Source: an uncultured virus (IMG/VR IMGVR_UViG_3300044646_000553) (Duplodnaviria > Heunggongvirae > Uroviricota > Caudoviricetes). From it: a DNA stretch of 64,000 nt. Both the position numbers and the translations under genes were made by a program. The stretch lies in IMG/VR virus record IMGVR_UViG_3300044646_000553; one strand, given 5' to 3'. The notes below the pieces were generated by a model that saw nothing but the letters and a program-made list of their open reading frames with translations, was not told the origin of the DNA and did no database searches. Below are positions 18,188 through 29,100 of the stretch, piece after piece (the first letter of the stretch is position 1; each line of letters starts with the position of its first letter).

Positions 18188-18227
18188 GGGGGGCGGGAGT
18201 TCACTCTCCTGTCCCCCTTAATACTTT
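18188..18227 (+). terminator. Intrinsic terminator after major capsid
   Basis: 12-bp stem GGGGGGCGGGAG / CTCCTGTCCCCC (two G-U pairs), 6-nt loop, then TTAATACTTT. Confidence 0.7.
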
Positions 18228-18229
18228 AG

Positions 18230-18238
18230 TGATATAAT
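18230..18238 (+). promoter_or_regulatory. Extended -10 promoter (TGATATAAT)
   Basis: Directly after the terminator. SD AAGGAGG precedes ATG 18257. Confidence 0.65.
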
Positions 18239-18256
18239 ACAAACAAGGAGGATACA

Positions 18257-18682
18257 ATGGAAAATAATAATAACGAAATGCGATCAATACATGAATTTGT
18301 AGAAGAGCCAGCACAAGCACCAGAGCCAGTACAGGAGCCAGCACAAGCACCAGAGCCAGTACAGGAGCCAGTACAAGCACCAGTAGTTGAGGCACCAGTT
18401 GTCGAAGAACCAGCAGTAGAAGAGCCAGTCCAGGCACTAGGATTTACTAAAACAGGAGCAATTGGTTCAATGGCAGCAGACGGCCCTAAGAAAACTGTTA
18501 AGGTAGATGGTCTTGGAGACAAGGTCGCTATTCACTCAACAAAAAGCGTTTATTGGTCAGAAGTCGGGTCTGTAACTAAAGGTTACAATATTGTAACAAA
18601 ACAACAGGCAGACAAGTGGTTAACTCGCAAACATGTTAGAATTGCAGAACCAGAAGAAGTCAAGAAGGCTTTTGGTTTGTAA
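18257..18682 (+). CDS. Pro/Glu-repeat protein, possibly head-associated
   Basis: EPAQAPEPVQ repeats followed by a compact basic C-terminal domain; located between capsid and adaptor. Confidence 0.75.
   Translation: MENNNNEMRSIHEFVEEPAQAPEPVQEPAQAPEPVQEPVQAPVVEAPVVEEPAVEEPVQALGFTKTGAIGSMAADGPKKTVKVDGLGDKVAIHSTKSVYWSEVGSVTKGYNIVTKQQADKWLTRKHVRIAEPEEVKKAFGL
18305..18383 (+). repeat. 30-nt coding tandem repeat (EPAQAPEPVQ x2.6)
   Basis: GAGCCAGCACAAGCACCAGAGCCAGTACAG exact at 18305 and 18335, partial at 18365. Confidence 0.9.
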
Positions 18683-18684
18683 AA

Positions 18685-19566
18685 ATGGAAATATTGAGGG
18701 TTCCGCCATACGCTAATATACCAGTTACTTATACAGTTCCTACATCTGTAGTGGACGAAGATGTAACTGTTACTGTTACCGATTTGGCGGACCTTTCAAT
18801 TTCTACATTAGAATTTGATGAACTTTCAACGGGAGACACAGTAACAATAAACCTTCCTGGAAGATATGACTCTGACTATAGAGTAGAAGTTATTATTGAC
18901 GGAGATATTGTTTCTGATACTACATACGAAATAGTCAGGCCGTACGTAAACCCAACTACAAAGGGAGATACAGCCTCAGACATTTCTGCCTATGCAGATA
19001 ATGAAGAATTAGCAAGAGCAATTATTGATTCAATAGTTGGAGAAGGATTTTATTATAAGAAAAAGGTTTTAAATTTTACAGGAACTGGATCAGACTATTT
19101 GCCTATCTGGGATGATGTAAAAAAAGTTTTAACGGTATATGAAAATAACAAATTGGTTACAGACAGAGAATATGAAGTAACATCTGACAAGACAGCAATT
19201 GTTGAGAAATCAACGGACAATATTAATCGTGCAGAGTCAGCCCCACTAGTATTACCTGCAGCGTCTTCCGATTCATTAGATCCACAGTTTATTTATAGAG
19301 GATTTGGAAAAACTTGGGACTACAGAATAACCGTCGAATACGGACACACATCTGTTCCATCAGATATTGTTAAGGCAACAGAGATGCTTGTTCACGATAT
19401 AGAATGCGGGAAGTTAGATTATTACAAGAGATTTATTTCTTCATACAACACAGATCAATATAGAATTCAATTTGATAAAGGTTTATTCGAAGGAACAGGA
19501 AATATACTTGTAGACAAGATACTCTCGAAGTATACTAAGTCTATTACAAAACTTGGGGTGTTGTAA
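18685..19566 (+). CDS. Head-to-tail adaptor
   Basis: Position, plus ARAIIDSIVG and YGHTSVPSDIVKAT (adaptor-like VP-x-D-I motif) and ILVDKILSKY. Confidence 0.6.
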   Translation: MEILRVPPYANIPVTYTVPTSVVDEDVTVTVTDLADLSISTLEFDELSTGDTVTINLPGRYDSDYRVEVIIDGDIVSDTTYEIVRPYVNPTTKGDTASDISAYADNEELARAIIDSIVGEGFYYKKKVLNFTGTGSDYLPIWDDVKKVLTVYENNKLVTDREYEVTSDKTAIVEKSTDNINRAESAPLVLPAASSDSLDPQFIYRGFGKTWDYRITVEYGHTSVPSDIVKATEMLVHDIECGKLDYYKRFISSYNTDQYRIQFDKGLFEGTGNILVDKILSKYTKSITKLGVL

Positions 19567-20015
19567 TGACTGTTTGTGAAACTCCAGACTTTATGTTTCC
19601 AATGCAAGCCTCTCTATATCATCCAATTGTTGAGCAAGGCGACTTTGGAGCAATTAAAAAACAATGGGTTTTAGATAGAACCTTTGCTTGCAGTTTTTCA
19701 TCAGGAGGCTCAGCATTTAAAGAAGAAGTAAAGCCAAATGTAAACATTACTCAGAATAGCATTTTAGTTGGAAGGACAAAGTCAGACATTAGAATATCTT
19801 CTAGAGACAACAAGAATTCTTTAACTAATATACTCATAACAGATGTAAAAGATCAAGAAGGAAACCTAGTTTATCTAGAAACCTCTGGTCCAAGATCTGG
19901 TAAGGGAACGCTATTTGAGATAGCGACCTACGAGCCTTTTGTAGGACCATTTGGAGTAGTAGAATCTTATAAGTTGATTATCAGAAGATCAGAAAATCAA
20001 ACAGGTGACGTATGA
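19566..20015 (+). CDS. Putative head closure/stopper protein
   Basis: Synteny and size (149 aa). Confidence 0.45.
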   Translation: MTVCETPDFMFPMQASLYHPIVEQGDFGAIKKQWVLDRTFACSFSSGGSAFKEEVKPNVNITQNSILVGRTKSDIRISSRDNKNSLTNILITDVKDQEGNLVYLETSGPRSGKGTLFEIATYEPFVGPFGVVESYKLIIRRSENQTGDV

Positions 20016-20686
20016 GAACAGTATTTAATTCTATGCAATTTAAAAAAGATATGAACAATATTGTTGATTACTCTGTTGGATTTTTAGAGGGTATTCATAG
20101 AGGAAAAACTGTATTCTTAAAAACACTAGGACTAGAAACAGTAGAACTTATGAAAGAGTTTATAGACTCAAACGCAAGGGTAAACCCAGAAATGCTGCAC
20201 CATATTTACGAATGGCATCAAACAGGAAGCCCCAGTGCAAGACTATACGACATATCATATACCACCAGCCAATTAGGACTATCTTTTAAATCATCTTTTA
20301 GTCAGTCTACATCAATTAAGAATGGATCAAGAACTCCGTTTTATGACAAGGCAAGAATTATGGAAGAAGGAATTCCAGTTACAATTAGGCCAAGGCTTGC
20401 TCAGGCTTTAGCGTTTGAAGATAATGGAGAAATGGTGTTTACAAAAAATGAAGTCAGAGTTGACAATCCTGGAGGAACTGCAGTAGAAGGTGGTTTTGAA
20501 AAAGTGTTTGATATGTTCTTTAATAGATATTTTTCTCAAGCATTCTTAAGGGTGAGTGGAGTTGCCAAGTATCTTGAAAATCCAATAGTGTACAAAAAAG
20601 ATATGGCAGCAGGGAAAAGAATGGGCAGATCAAAAGGAATTTCAACAGGCTATCGCTGGATTGCTAACGCAGGAGTAGGTGCATAA
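20012..20686 (+). CDS. Putative neck/tail completion protein
   Basis: Synteny; basic 224-aa protein with KARIMEEG. Confidence 0.4.
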   Translation: MRTVFNSMQFKKDMNNIVDYSVGFLEGIHRGKTVFLKTLGLETVELMKEFIDSNARVNPEMLHHIYEWHQTGSPSARLYDISYTTSQLGLSFKSSFSQSTSIKNGSRTPFYDKARIMEEGIPVTIRPRLAQALAFEDNGEMVFTKNEVRVDNPGGTAVEGGFEKVFDMFFNRYFSQAFLRVSGVAKYLENPIVYKKDMAAGKRMGRSKGISTGYRWIANAGVGA

Positions 20687-21285
20687 TGTCAGTAGTCATC
20701 GATCATCCACCATCATTTATCAACGCATTTTTACAGCAAAAACTTGGTCCAGACTTTGGCGCTATCCCAATGTTTCCAACAATGCCAACCGATATGGCAG
20801 GATTGGCTCAAGAATTTTCTATTGACAATCTAACAGAGGGAACTCCAGGAGTGTTTGTGTTTAATGGCAATGCTGCAATATACGATAGAATGTTTAAAAT
20901 GAGAAGAATGCCATTCCCTCACATCAAATGTGAACAACTACTTTATTATTTTAATGCTTTAGAAGAAAATGCTGTGCCAAACCTAATAAGAATAACTCAG
21001 AAAATTCAAGACTTTCTTGATAGAGGGGATGAGTCAGCAGAAGACCTAAATGCTTGGATTCTGTCTACTCTAGAGGTTGAAATAGAAACTGAAACCCTTA
21101 GACCAGTTGCGACCATTCCTGGACACGGAACATTCTATGTGCCTTACTTTCATAACTTTAAGATATATCAGTTGGAAGAAACCAGGGACATTATAGACTT
21201 TGGTACAGCCCGTACTTATGCGGGGAATAAAATGATCATCGATTACGACTGGCATGCTGTATACCCAGACCTAAATAACCCATAA
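20686..21285 (+). CDS. Putative tail terminator
   Basis: Acidic 199-aa protein directly before the major tail gene. Confidence 0.4.
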   Translation: MSVVIDHPPSFINAFLQQKLGPDFGAIPMFPTMPTDMAGLAQEFSIDNLTEGTPGVFVFNGNAAIYDRMFKMRRMPFPHIKCEQLLYYFNALEENAVPNLIRITQKIQDFLDRGDESAEDLNAWILSTLEVEIETETLRPVATIPGHGTFYVPYFHNFKIYQLEETRDIIDFGTARTYAGNKMIIDYDWHAVYPDLNNP

Positions 21286-21353
21286 TAAAAAGGCAGTATA
21301 ATTAGGATGAGGAAACAAGCCCTTTTTTAATAAAATGAAAGAGGTGAGAAAAT

Positions 21354-22007
21354 ATGGCATACAGCCGTGGTTCAAGTAGTAACATCATCGTAGGTGCAGC
21401 AGCACTATTTACGCATGATGCAGGTCCAATCGGACTTGACAGCGCAGGAAAGATTACTGATGCTCAAGCAGCAACAGATCTACCAGCATTCACCGCATCC
21501 TCAACATCCTATAAGGATACTGTAGATGCAGATGAAGCATACACAAACGTAGGCTACACATCAAATGGTTTGGAACTCGCATTCCAACCTGATTTCGGTG
21601 AGGTAGCAGTAGATCAACTTCTCGACGTTGCTCGTTTATTCAAGCAAGGTATGACAGTTAATCTAAATACATCTTTCGCAGAGGCAACACTAGAAAATCT
21701 TCTAGTAGCAATTGCAGCAGATGACACAGATCTTACATCAGCATCAGGAGTTTCACAACTCAAGATGTCTGCAGGAGATATTGGTGACGTTCCATTAGAG
21801 CGTGGCCTTGTAGCAGTAGGTCCAGGATCTGGTTCCGCTGCAACACCAAAGGAAAGAATTTACGTTGCATACCGTGCACTCTCAATTGAGAATGTAACAG
21901 TATCAGCAAAGCGTGATGAGGCTTCAATGTTTGAAGTATCATTCCGTCTTCTTCCAAACGATGACGCATCATACGGTAGAATCGTAGATCGTTCTCTAAC
22001 AGCATAA
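21354..22007 (+). CDS. Major tail tube protein
   Basis: NIIVGAA, VGYTSNG, VDQLLD, FAEATLENL. Own TATAAT (21297-21302), SD GAGGTG and a downstream terminator. Confidence 0.85.
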   Translation: MAYSRGSSSNIIVGAAALFTHDAGPIGLDSAGKITDAQAATDLPAFTASSTSYKDTVDADEAYTNVGYTSNGLELAFQPDFGEVAVDQLLDVARLFKQGMTVNLNTSFAEATLENLLVAIAADDTDLTSASGVSQLKMSAGDIGDVPLERGLVAVGPGSGSAATPKERIYVAYRALSIENVTVSAKRDEASMFEVSFRLLPNDDASYGRIVDRSLTA

Positions 22008-22024
22008 TACAACTTAATAGGATT

Positions 22025-22053
22025 AGCCCAGACCCTTGAAAGTCTGGGCTTTT
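22025..22053 (+). terminator. Intrinsic terminator after major tail gene
   Basis: Perfect 9-bp stem AGCCCAGAC / GTCTGGGCT followed by TTTCCATTT. Confidence 0.75.
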
Positions 22054-22064
22054 CCATTTCCATT

Positions 22065-22073
22065 TGGTATACT
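22065..22073 (+). promoter_or_regulatory. Extended -10 promoter (TGGTATACT), leaderless
   Basis: ATG 22080 lies 6 nt after the hexamer. Confidence 0.6.
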
Positions 22074-22079
22074 TATATA

Positions 22080-22760
22080 ATGGCAACAAGCATTTATGAA
22101 AAAATAAAGTTTAGTCTTATAGACGGTACAGTCATTGAGGCTGGACCTCTTAAAATAAAATATCTTAGAGAGTTTTTAGAAATTTTTGAAACTATAAAAG
22201 AAGCAAAATCAGACGATGAATCTATATCTGTTTTAGTTTCTTGTTGTTTAGTAACAATGAAACAATATGCCCCACACATCAAAACCTTGGAAGATGTTGA
22301 AGATAATTTAGACCTTCCAACTATATATAAAGTAATTGACATTGCAGCAGGAATTAAGATAAATCAAAAGTCTGAAGACACGGTTAAGTCTCAAGCAGTA
22401 GACAGTGGGTCTTCATGGGAAACGCTAGATCTTGCAAAACTTGAGTCAGAGGCTTTTCTAATAGGGATATGGAAAGATTATGAAGAACTAGAAGAGTCTC
22501 TTTCAATGCCAGAACTTACAGCAACTATTAAAATCAAAAGAGAGTTAGACTACAGTGATAAAAAGTTTGCTGCTGCCATGCAAGGAGTGGATCTTGATAA
22601 AAATTCAGGGAATCCAAATGCATGGGAAGACATGAAGGCCAAAGTATTCAGTGGTGGTAAGGCCGTAGATGGAAAAGACATTCTTGCATTACAAGGAAAG
22701 AATGCAGAAAAGGCTGGGTTTGGAATTGGAATGGGCCTTACTTATGAGGTTTACGAATAG
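22080..22760 (+). CDS. Tail assembly chaperone, long (gpGT-like) form
   Basis: Between major tail and tape measure. N-half is paralogous to ORF 22816; C-half (WKDYEELEESLSMPEL) resembles a gpT-like domain. Confidence 0.65.
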   Translation: MATSIYEKIKFSLIDGTVIEAGPLKIKYLREFLEIFETIKEAKSDDESISVLVSCCLVTMKQYAPHIKTLEDVEDNLDLPTIYKVIDIAAGIKINQKSEDTVKSQAVDSGSSWETLDLAKLESEAFLIGIWKDYEELEESLSMPELTATIKIKRELDYSDKKFAAAMQGVDLDKNSGNPNAWEDMKAKVFSGGKAVDGKDILALQGKNAEKAGFGIGMGLTYEVYE

Positions 22761-22780
22761 CAAAAAATATGACTCCGCTA

Positions 22781-22789
22781 TGGTATAAT
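22781..22789 (+). promoter_or_regulatory. Extended -10 promoter (TGGTATAAT)
   Basis: Consensus match; SD AAGGAGG before ATG 22816. Confidence 0.65.
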
Positions 22790-22815
22790 TAACTAAACCT
22801 TATAAGGAGGAATAG

Positions 22816-23139
22816 ATGGCAACTGCCACAGAAGAAAAAACAGTAACTCTGATCGACGGAACCAAGATCAAGGTAAGACCACTAAAAATCTCACTACTTC
22901 GTCCGTTTATGAAGAAGTTTGAAGATATCGCAAAGGTAGCAGAAGATAATGAGAAGTCAATGAATCTGCTTATGGAGTGCGTACAAATTGCAATGCAACA
23001 ATACAAGCCAGAATTGGCAGAAGACAAGGAAGCCCTAGAAGAAAATATGGATCTTCCTACAGTATACAAGATCGTTGAAGAGGCATCTGGAATTAGACTT
23101 TCAGACGCTACTCTACTTGGCAATCTTGTAAACAATTAA
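22816..23139 (+). CDS. Tail assembly chaperone, short (gpG-like) form
   Basis: LIDGT, PLKI and DLPTVYKIV are shared with ORF 22080; directly before tape measure. Confidence 0.65.
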   Translation: MATATEEKTVTLIDGTKIKVRPLKISLLRPFMKKFEDIAKVAEDNEKSMNLLMECVQIAMQQYKPELAEDKEALEENMDLPTVYKIVEEASGIRLSDATLLGNLVNN

Positions 23140-23159
23140 ATAAAAAGAGGTGTTAATGG

Positions 23160-26100
23160 ATGGCTGATGTTCAATCCAATATTCATGTAAATATTGATAC
23201 GTCGGATGCTCTAGCAAGTTTAAAACTTCTACAGCGTCAAATATCAGCCTTCCACACACAAATGTCGAAGTCTGGCGCAGCAGCGTCAGCGGTAGCAGCA
23301 AATCAAGCACAAAACTTGATGAACAGCATAAATGCAACTGGACAATTCCAGGCATCGATGCGAACGGTAGCAACAAGTACCGAACATTTTACTAATGCTC
23401 TAGAAAGAAACAAGTTAACATCTAGAGAGTATTTTAGATACACTGGCGCAGCCACAAAAACTTTTGGTAGACTATTTAAGTCTGAATTTGAAACAATAAA
23501 CAAGGTTGCACGAGAGCGTGTAAAAGATATACAGACCCAGTATATTAAGATGGGCAGAGGAGCCAATGGTGCTCTTCAGGCTATTGCAGTAAGACCGCTT
23601 ACCCTAGACATGAAAAATCTGGGTACACAAACAGCAATGGCAGCACAAAGACAGCAACTACTAAATCAATTATTAAAGCAAGGCTCTACCAATCTTTTAA
23701 ACTTTGGTAAAAATACTCAATGGGCTGGTCGTCAGTTGATGGTTGGTTTTACAGTTCCATTAATGTTGCTTGGCTCTACCGCTGCTAAGACCTTCATGAA
23801 ACTTGAAGAGCAGGCTATTAGGTTTAAGCGTGTCTATGGTGAAATGTTTACCACACAAGAAGAAACCGATGCAATGGTTAAAGATATCCAGTTGCTTGCA
23901 AAAGAATATACCAAGTATGGCGTTGCTGTAGAAAAAACTATGGAGATGGCTGCCAATGCTGCAGCAATGGGTAAGATGGGGGAAGAACTAAAGGCTCAAG
24001 TAATGGAAGCAACTCGCCTTGCTGTTCTTGGTGGTGTTGAGCAAGAGCAGGCCCTTGAGACAACTATTTCTGTAACCAATGCGTTTGGTGTCGCTGCAGA
24101 AGATTTAGCAAAGAAAATTGACTTCCTTAACGCAGTAGAAAACCAGACTGTCGTATCTATTGAAGATTTAACAATTGCTATTCCAAAGGCTGGACCAGTT
24201 GTTCAACAACTTGGTGGAGATGTAGAAGACCTTGCATTCTTCCTGACTGCTATGAAAGAAGGTGGAATTAATGCATCAGAAGGCGCTAACGCACTTAAAT
24301 CTGGTCTTGCATCTTTAATTAATCCATCTGAAAAAGCATCCAAGATGCTTGCAGGACTTGGCATAAATATCAAGGGTATTGTAGAAGCAAATGCTGGAGA
24401 TGTTAAAGGAACTGTAGTAGACTTTGCAGCAGCACTAGATACTTTAGATCCTCTTAATCGTGCTAGAGCAATTGAGCAATTATTTGGAAAGTTTCAGTTC
24501 TCAAGATTATCAACGCTATTTCAAAACGTAACAGCACAGGGAACACAAGCGTCACGAGTTTTACAACTTACAAAAGCAACTACAGAAGAATTAGCAATTT
24601 TGTCTGAACGAGAATTAGCAAGGATAGAAGATTCAACTACCTACAGGTTTAAGAAAACAATTGAAGATCTAAAGGTTTCTCTTGCTCCAGTTGGAGAACA
24701 GTTTTTAAAAGCCTTGACGCCCATTGTTGAGTTTGTTGGTAAAGTTCTAGAAAAGTTTAATGGCTTAGGTGACGGAAGTAAAAGATTTATTACAATACTT
24801 ACAGTTGCCCTAGGTGCAATTGGGCCAGTAGCCCTTATGACATTTGGTTTGCTTGCTAACGGTGTTGCAAATATAATTAAGTTATTTGCAGCAATGAAGT
24901 CATCTTTTAATAGAGCGGGATCATCAACACAGATTTTAGGGCAACAAACAGATTATTTAACTAAAGAACAGATGGAGGCTTCTGCGGTAGCAGCATCTTT
25001 AGATCAGGTTCATCAAAGATTACGACAAACATTTACTTCAGAAACAGCAGCAGTAAACGCTTTGGCTTTAGCATACAGAAACGCAATCGCAGCACAGGTA
25101 GGGTTTACTGGACCAGTAGGAAAAGGAAGAATGCCTCAAAGCAAAAAATATTCTAATGGTATTACAAATATTCCAGGGCCAAAGGGTGCAGGAGATATTG
25201 TCCCAATTCTTGCTTCTCCTGGAGAAGCAGTTATTCCAGCAGATGCAGCACAGGATCCAGCAAATAAGCCATTTATTGCCCATATGGTTGCAGGAAAAAA
25301 GTTACCAGGATTTAAAAAAGGTACAGAAGAAATTAAAAAAGATAACAATGTAGTTAATAAAACTCACGTAGGTGGAAAAAGCACTCCAAAAGACATCCAA
25401 GAAATTATAAGAACAAACCCATACATGAGTGCAGATCAAAAAGCAAAACTGCTTGCGATGGAGCAAATCTTTAAGTCTCAAGGTTTACCAGCAATGACAA
25501 CAACCAAGCACGGCTTAATGTTTGATTTCCCTGAGTGGATGAATAAGATAATGCCAAGTACAACTAGTGGAGTATCTAAGGAAGAGTTTATAAAAGAGTG
25601 GGAACGCCGTGGTCCAGAAAAATGGAAGGCTTCTGGAATGAATGCAACTCAAGCAGCATCAATGGATAGAGCATTCCGTGAAGCAATAGGAATGAGCACT
25701 AAGCCATATATAAATGATTCAATTATGGACGATCTGTTTAGAAACAGAGTGCCAGAACTGTTAGGTCCTGACGACAAGGGATTACAAAAAGCACAACAAC
25801 TTTATGCAACAGATTACAGATTTAACATGGGCAAAGGACTTGGTACTACTCCAGAAGAAAGCAGAAAAATTCTTCAAAATGCAAAAGATAAAGGATTTAT
25901 AAAAGACTTTAGTATTAAAGAAGGCTTTGGTACAGGAGAAGGAAGAACAGATAAGATTGTAACAAAGTCTTCAACTGTCACTCTAAATGACGGAACTGTT
26001 GTAAACATGAACAGACTTGGAACAGGAACAACGCCTGTTATAAGTCAAAAGACTTCTAAAGGGCCAGTAACAGCACCAGAGTTAATTCAAGAAAACATGG

Positions 26101-29100
26101 AAAAAGCACAGACTCAAGAGTCAAGATTAAAGGCAATAGCAGATGATGCAGCAAAGACAAAAACTGGTCAAAAGAAACCTACAAACTTTGGAAGACAAAT
26201 ATCTGGAACTTCTGGAAGAAGTTTTGCTGTAAGAGAAATTGGTGGACTTTATGAAAAACCAAATGGTCAAAAAGTATTTGTAAAGCCAATGATGAGCGAA
26301 CTAGATGCTATAGCAGAAAAAAGAGCAACCGATTTTGCTAGAAGTGTTCAAGGACTAGACACTCCAAAACAGACCATAAGCACAATGATAGATCCAACAG
26401 ACCCAACAGGAAAAAGAAAGATTATTGTTTTAGAGTCAAAGTTTGACCCAAAGTATGCCGATTCAATTCCAAAAAGTTTTACTCAGGATCAATATTTTAG
26501 ACAATTGGTGTCCGCTAACCTTCGTGGAGACAAAGACCTTAAAAGAGGAAACCTAGGAGGAAATGTATTAACAGATGTTGGAACTGCGGGGGTATTTGAT
26601 AAGGCTTCAGGTGTAAGAACACTTTCAGAAAAAATGCCTTCTCTTGCTGAAATGGCAGAAGAAAATTTAAAGGGCGTTCCAGGAAAACAGGCAAAAAATT
26701 CACCAAATTGGTTTGCTAATGCAACAAAAGACATTGCATTAAATATGAGCCCAGACGAATATGATCGTGCTATGAAATCAGAAATTCAAAGACAACTTGC
26801 AAAAGCAGAGCCATACGTAGCAAAAATGCCTTTAACCGATCCTTTAAGGCCTCAGTATGTTATGATGCTAGAAAGACTTAAAGAAGGCTTAAAAGTAGAC
26901 TGGAAAACTTTACATCAAAAACATAGTTCTATTTTGGTAAAGCCTGACGAAGTTTCAGAAGATGAAAACGAAAAAACTAAAAAAATAAAATCAGAGCCAA
27001 ACAATCGTAAATTTAAATCTAATAGCCCAAAAGATACAAGAATTGCTCCAGCATCTATAGCCCCATCAGTTCGTCAAGGACCAAGAGGTATAAAAATTCC
27101 TGGTTTTTCAGAAGCACCTATGTCATCTCAAGAGGTAAAACAAAGAATTGCTAAAGAGCACTCTCAAGCAAAAGCAGCAGCATCTAGAACTGCATTATAC
27201 GGCTCAGGACCAATAGACGCTGAGCAAAAGTCTTTAAGGCGTCAACTAAAAAAACTAGAAGGAAATGGAAAAACATTAAATAATGTAGCAGCAAAAGTTG
27301 CAGTTACACAAAAAGTAGTAACAGATAACATGACTGAAAATGTTAAAAAACAAGGTGTAGCAGCAAGAATGCAACAAAAACTAAAGGCAAAGTACAACGC
27401 AAGCAAAGAAGCAAAAGCAGCAGCAAAAGCAGCAGGCACTCCAAAAACTGGCATGGGCATGGGTGGTGCAGCAATGGGTGTTGCTGGTGTGGCAATGGTT
27501 GGATCAATGATTCCAGGTTCAGTTGGAGAAATGTTTCAAAAATTAATGATGCCACTTATGGGGCTTGCAATGATTCTTCCAATGCTAAGTAGCAGAATGG
27601 GTGCACTCGCTGTAGGTGTTGGTGCCATTACTGCTGCATACATATATCAAAGAATGCAATTTGATAAAGCACAAGATGCAGCAATGAAATTGACAGAAGC
27701 AATGGGTTCTGGATCTGAATCAATTAGAAATCTCTCAAAATTTGCAAACACAGTTTCTGCAGGAGAAACTATGGACAGAAAAAGAAAAGAGGCCTTTTCT
27801 CCATTCCAAATAAAAACAGGGAAAACAACATTTGGAGAATCTTTCATGGCAGGCGAAGACGGAAAGGCTATGGCTAAAAATGTTGGAGAAACAATAAAAT
27901 CATCTGGAAGTAAGCAAGTAGCACAAGACCAAGTATTTAATCAGATGGCAACTGCTGTTGCTTCAGGAGCATTAAGCCCAGCACAAGCGAGAAGCATTGT
28001 AGGAAATCTTGCTCAAGAACTTGGAGACTATTCTTTTGGAATTAGTGTAAATGCAAAATTGATTGAATTCTTAGGACCAAACGGAGAAAACATTCTTAAG
28101 GATCCAATAGGAGTTAGAGTAAAGATACTGCAAGATACAAGAGAAAAAATGAACTTGTCAACAGAAGCAGCAAGAAAGGCTGGAGGGTTTACTGGCACAG
28201 ACAAACTTAAGACTGGAGGCTTTACTCTTGGAGGTGCTGCAGCAGGTGCTGGAACAGGTTTTGTTGCTGCTGGATTAGGCGCTGCTGGCGCAGCAGCAAT
28301 GGGAGCAACTATTGGTAGTGCAGTCCCAGTTGTAGGAACTATTATTGGCGCAGCACTTGGCGCAGGCGTTGGGTACTTCTTGTCTAAAAAAGATAGAAAT
28401 AAAAGAATTGGAGAAGCCTCTGGTGCAAGCGTTGCTATGCAAAAAATGGCTCTTGAGCAGCAGCAAGAAATGATGGACTCTGTAGAATTGCAATATATAA
28501 AAGAGATGGAAATTGCTAAAGCCAAAGGCGATCAAAATAAAATAGATGAACTTACACTACAGTATTCCAAAGATAGAGTGCGCTTACTTGAACAAAATGC
28601 AGCGCTGGTTGGAGATATTCAGAAAAATTTTAGTGAATCCGAAGGAGCAACTAGAAAAGCACTTATGACAGGTGTAGACAAAGCAATTACAAAAAGATAT
28701 AAAGGAACCAATTTAGAAGATGTCGTTCCTCTTGCTACATCAGGAATAAATGATTCTAAATTAAAAGATGAAATAAAGTATACATTAAAAATGGAAATGG
28801 CAAGTGGACAAATAGACCCATTACAAATGATTGAAATATTTGATAAGTTTGGTAAGGACGCAACATCTATGGAGGCTGTTGCTACCATTATAACAAAGTT
28901 TGGTGGAAAGTTTGCAAATGAAGCAATGGGAGTTGTGGCAATGTTCAAAGATCCAAAACAATCTGCAGATTTTGTTGCTCGACTATCATTACAAGATCCA
29001 GATATGGCAGCAAAAGATCTTCAACTATTCCAAAAAATTTCTCAATCAGGACAGGTCATAGATCTCGATGTTGCTTTAAACTATTACAACACAGATGAAG

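Noticed and set aside
22340..23160. Programmed -1 frameshift in tail chaperone genes
   Set aside because: No X XXY YYZ slippery site found by eye at the domain junction or at the end of the short gene; the extension is already in frame in ORF 22080.
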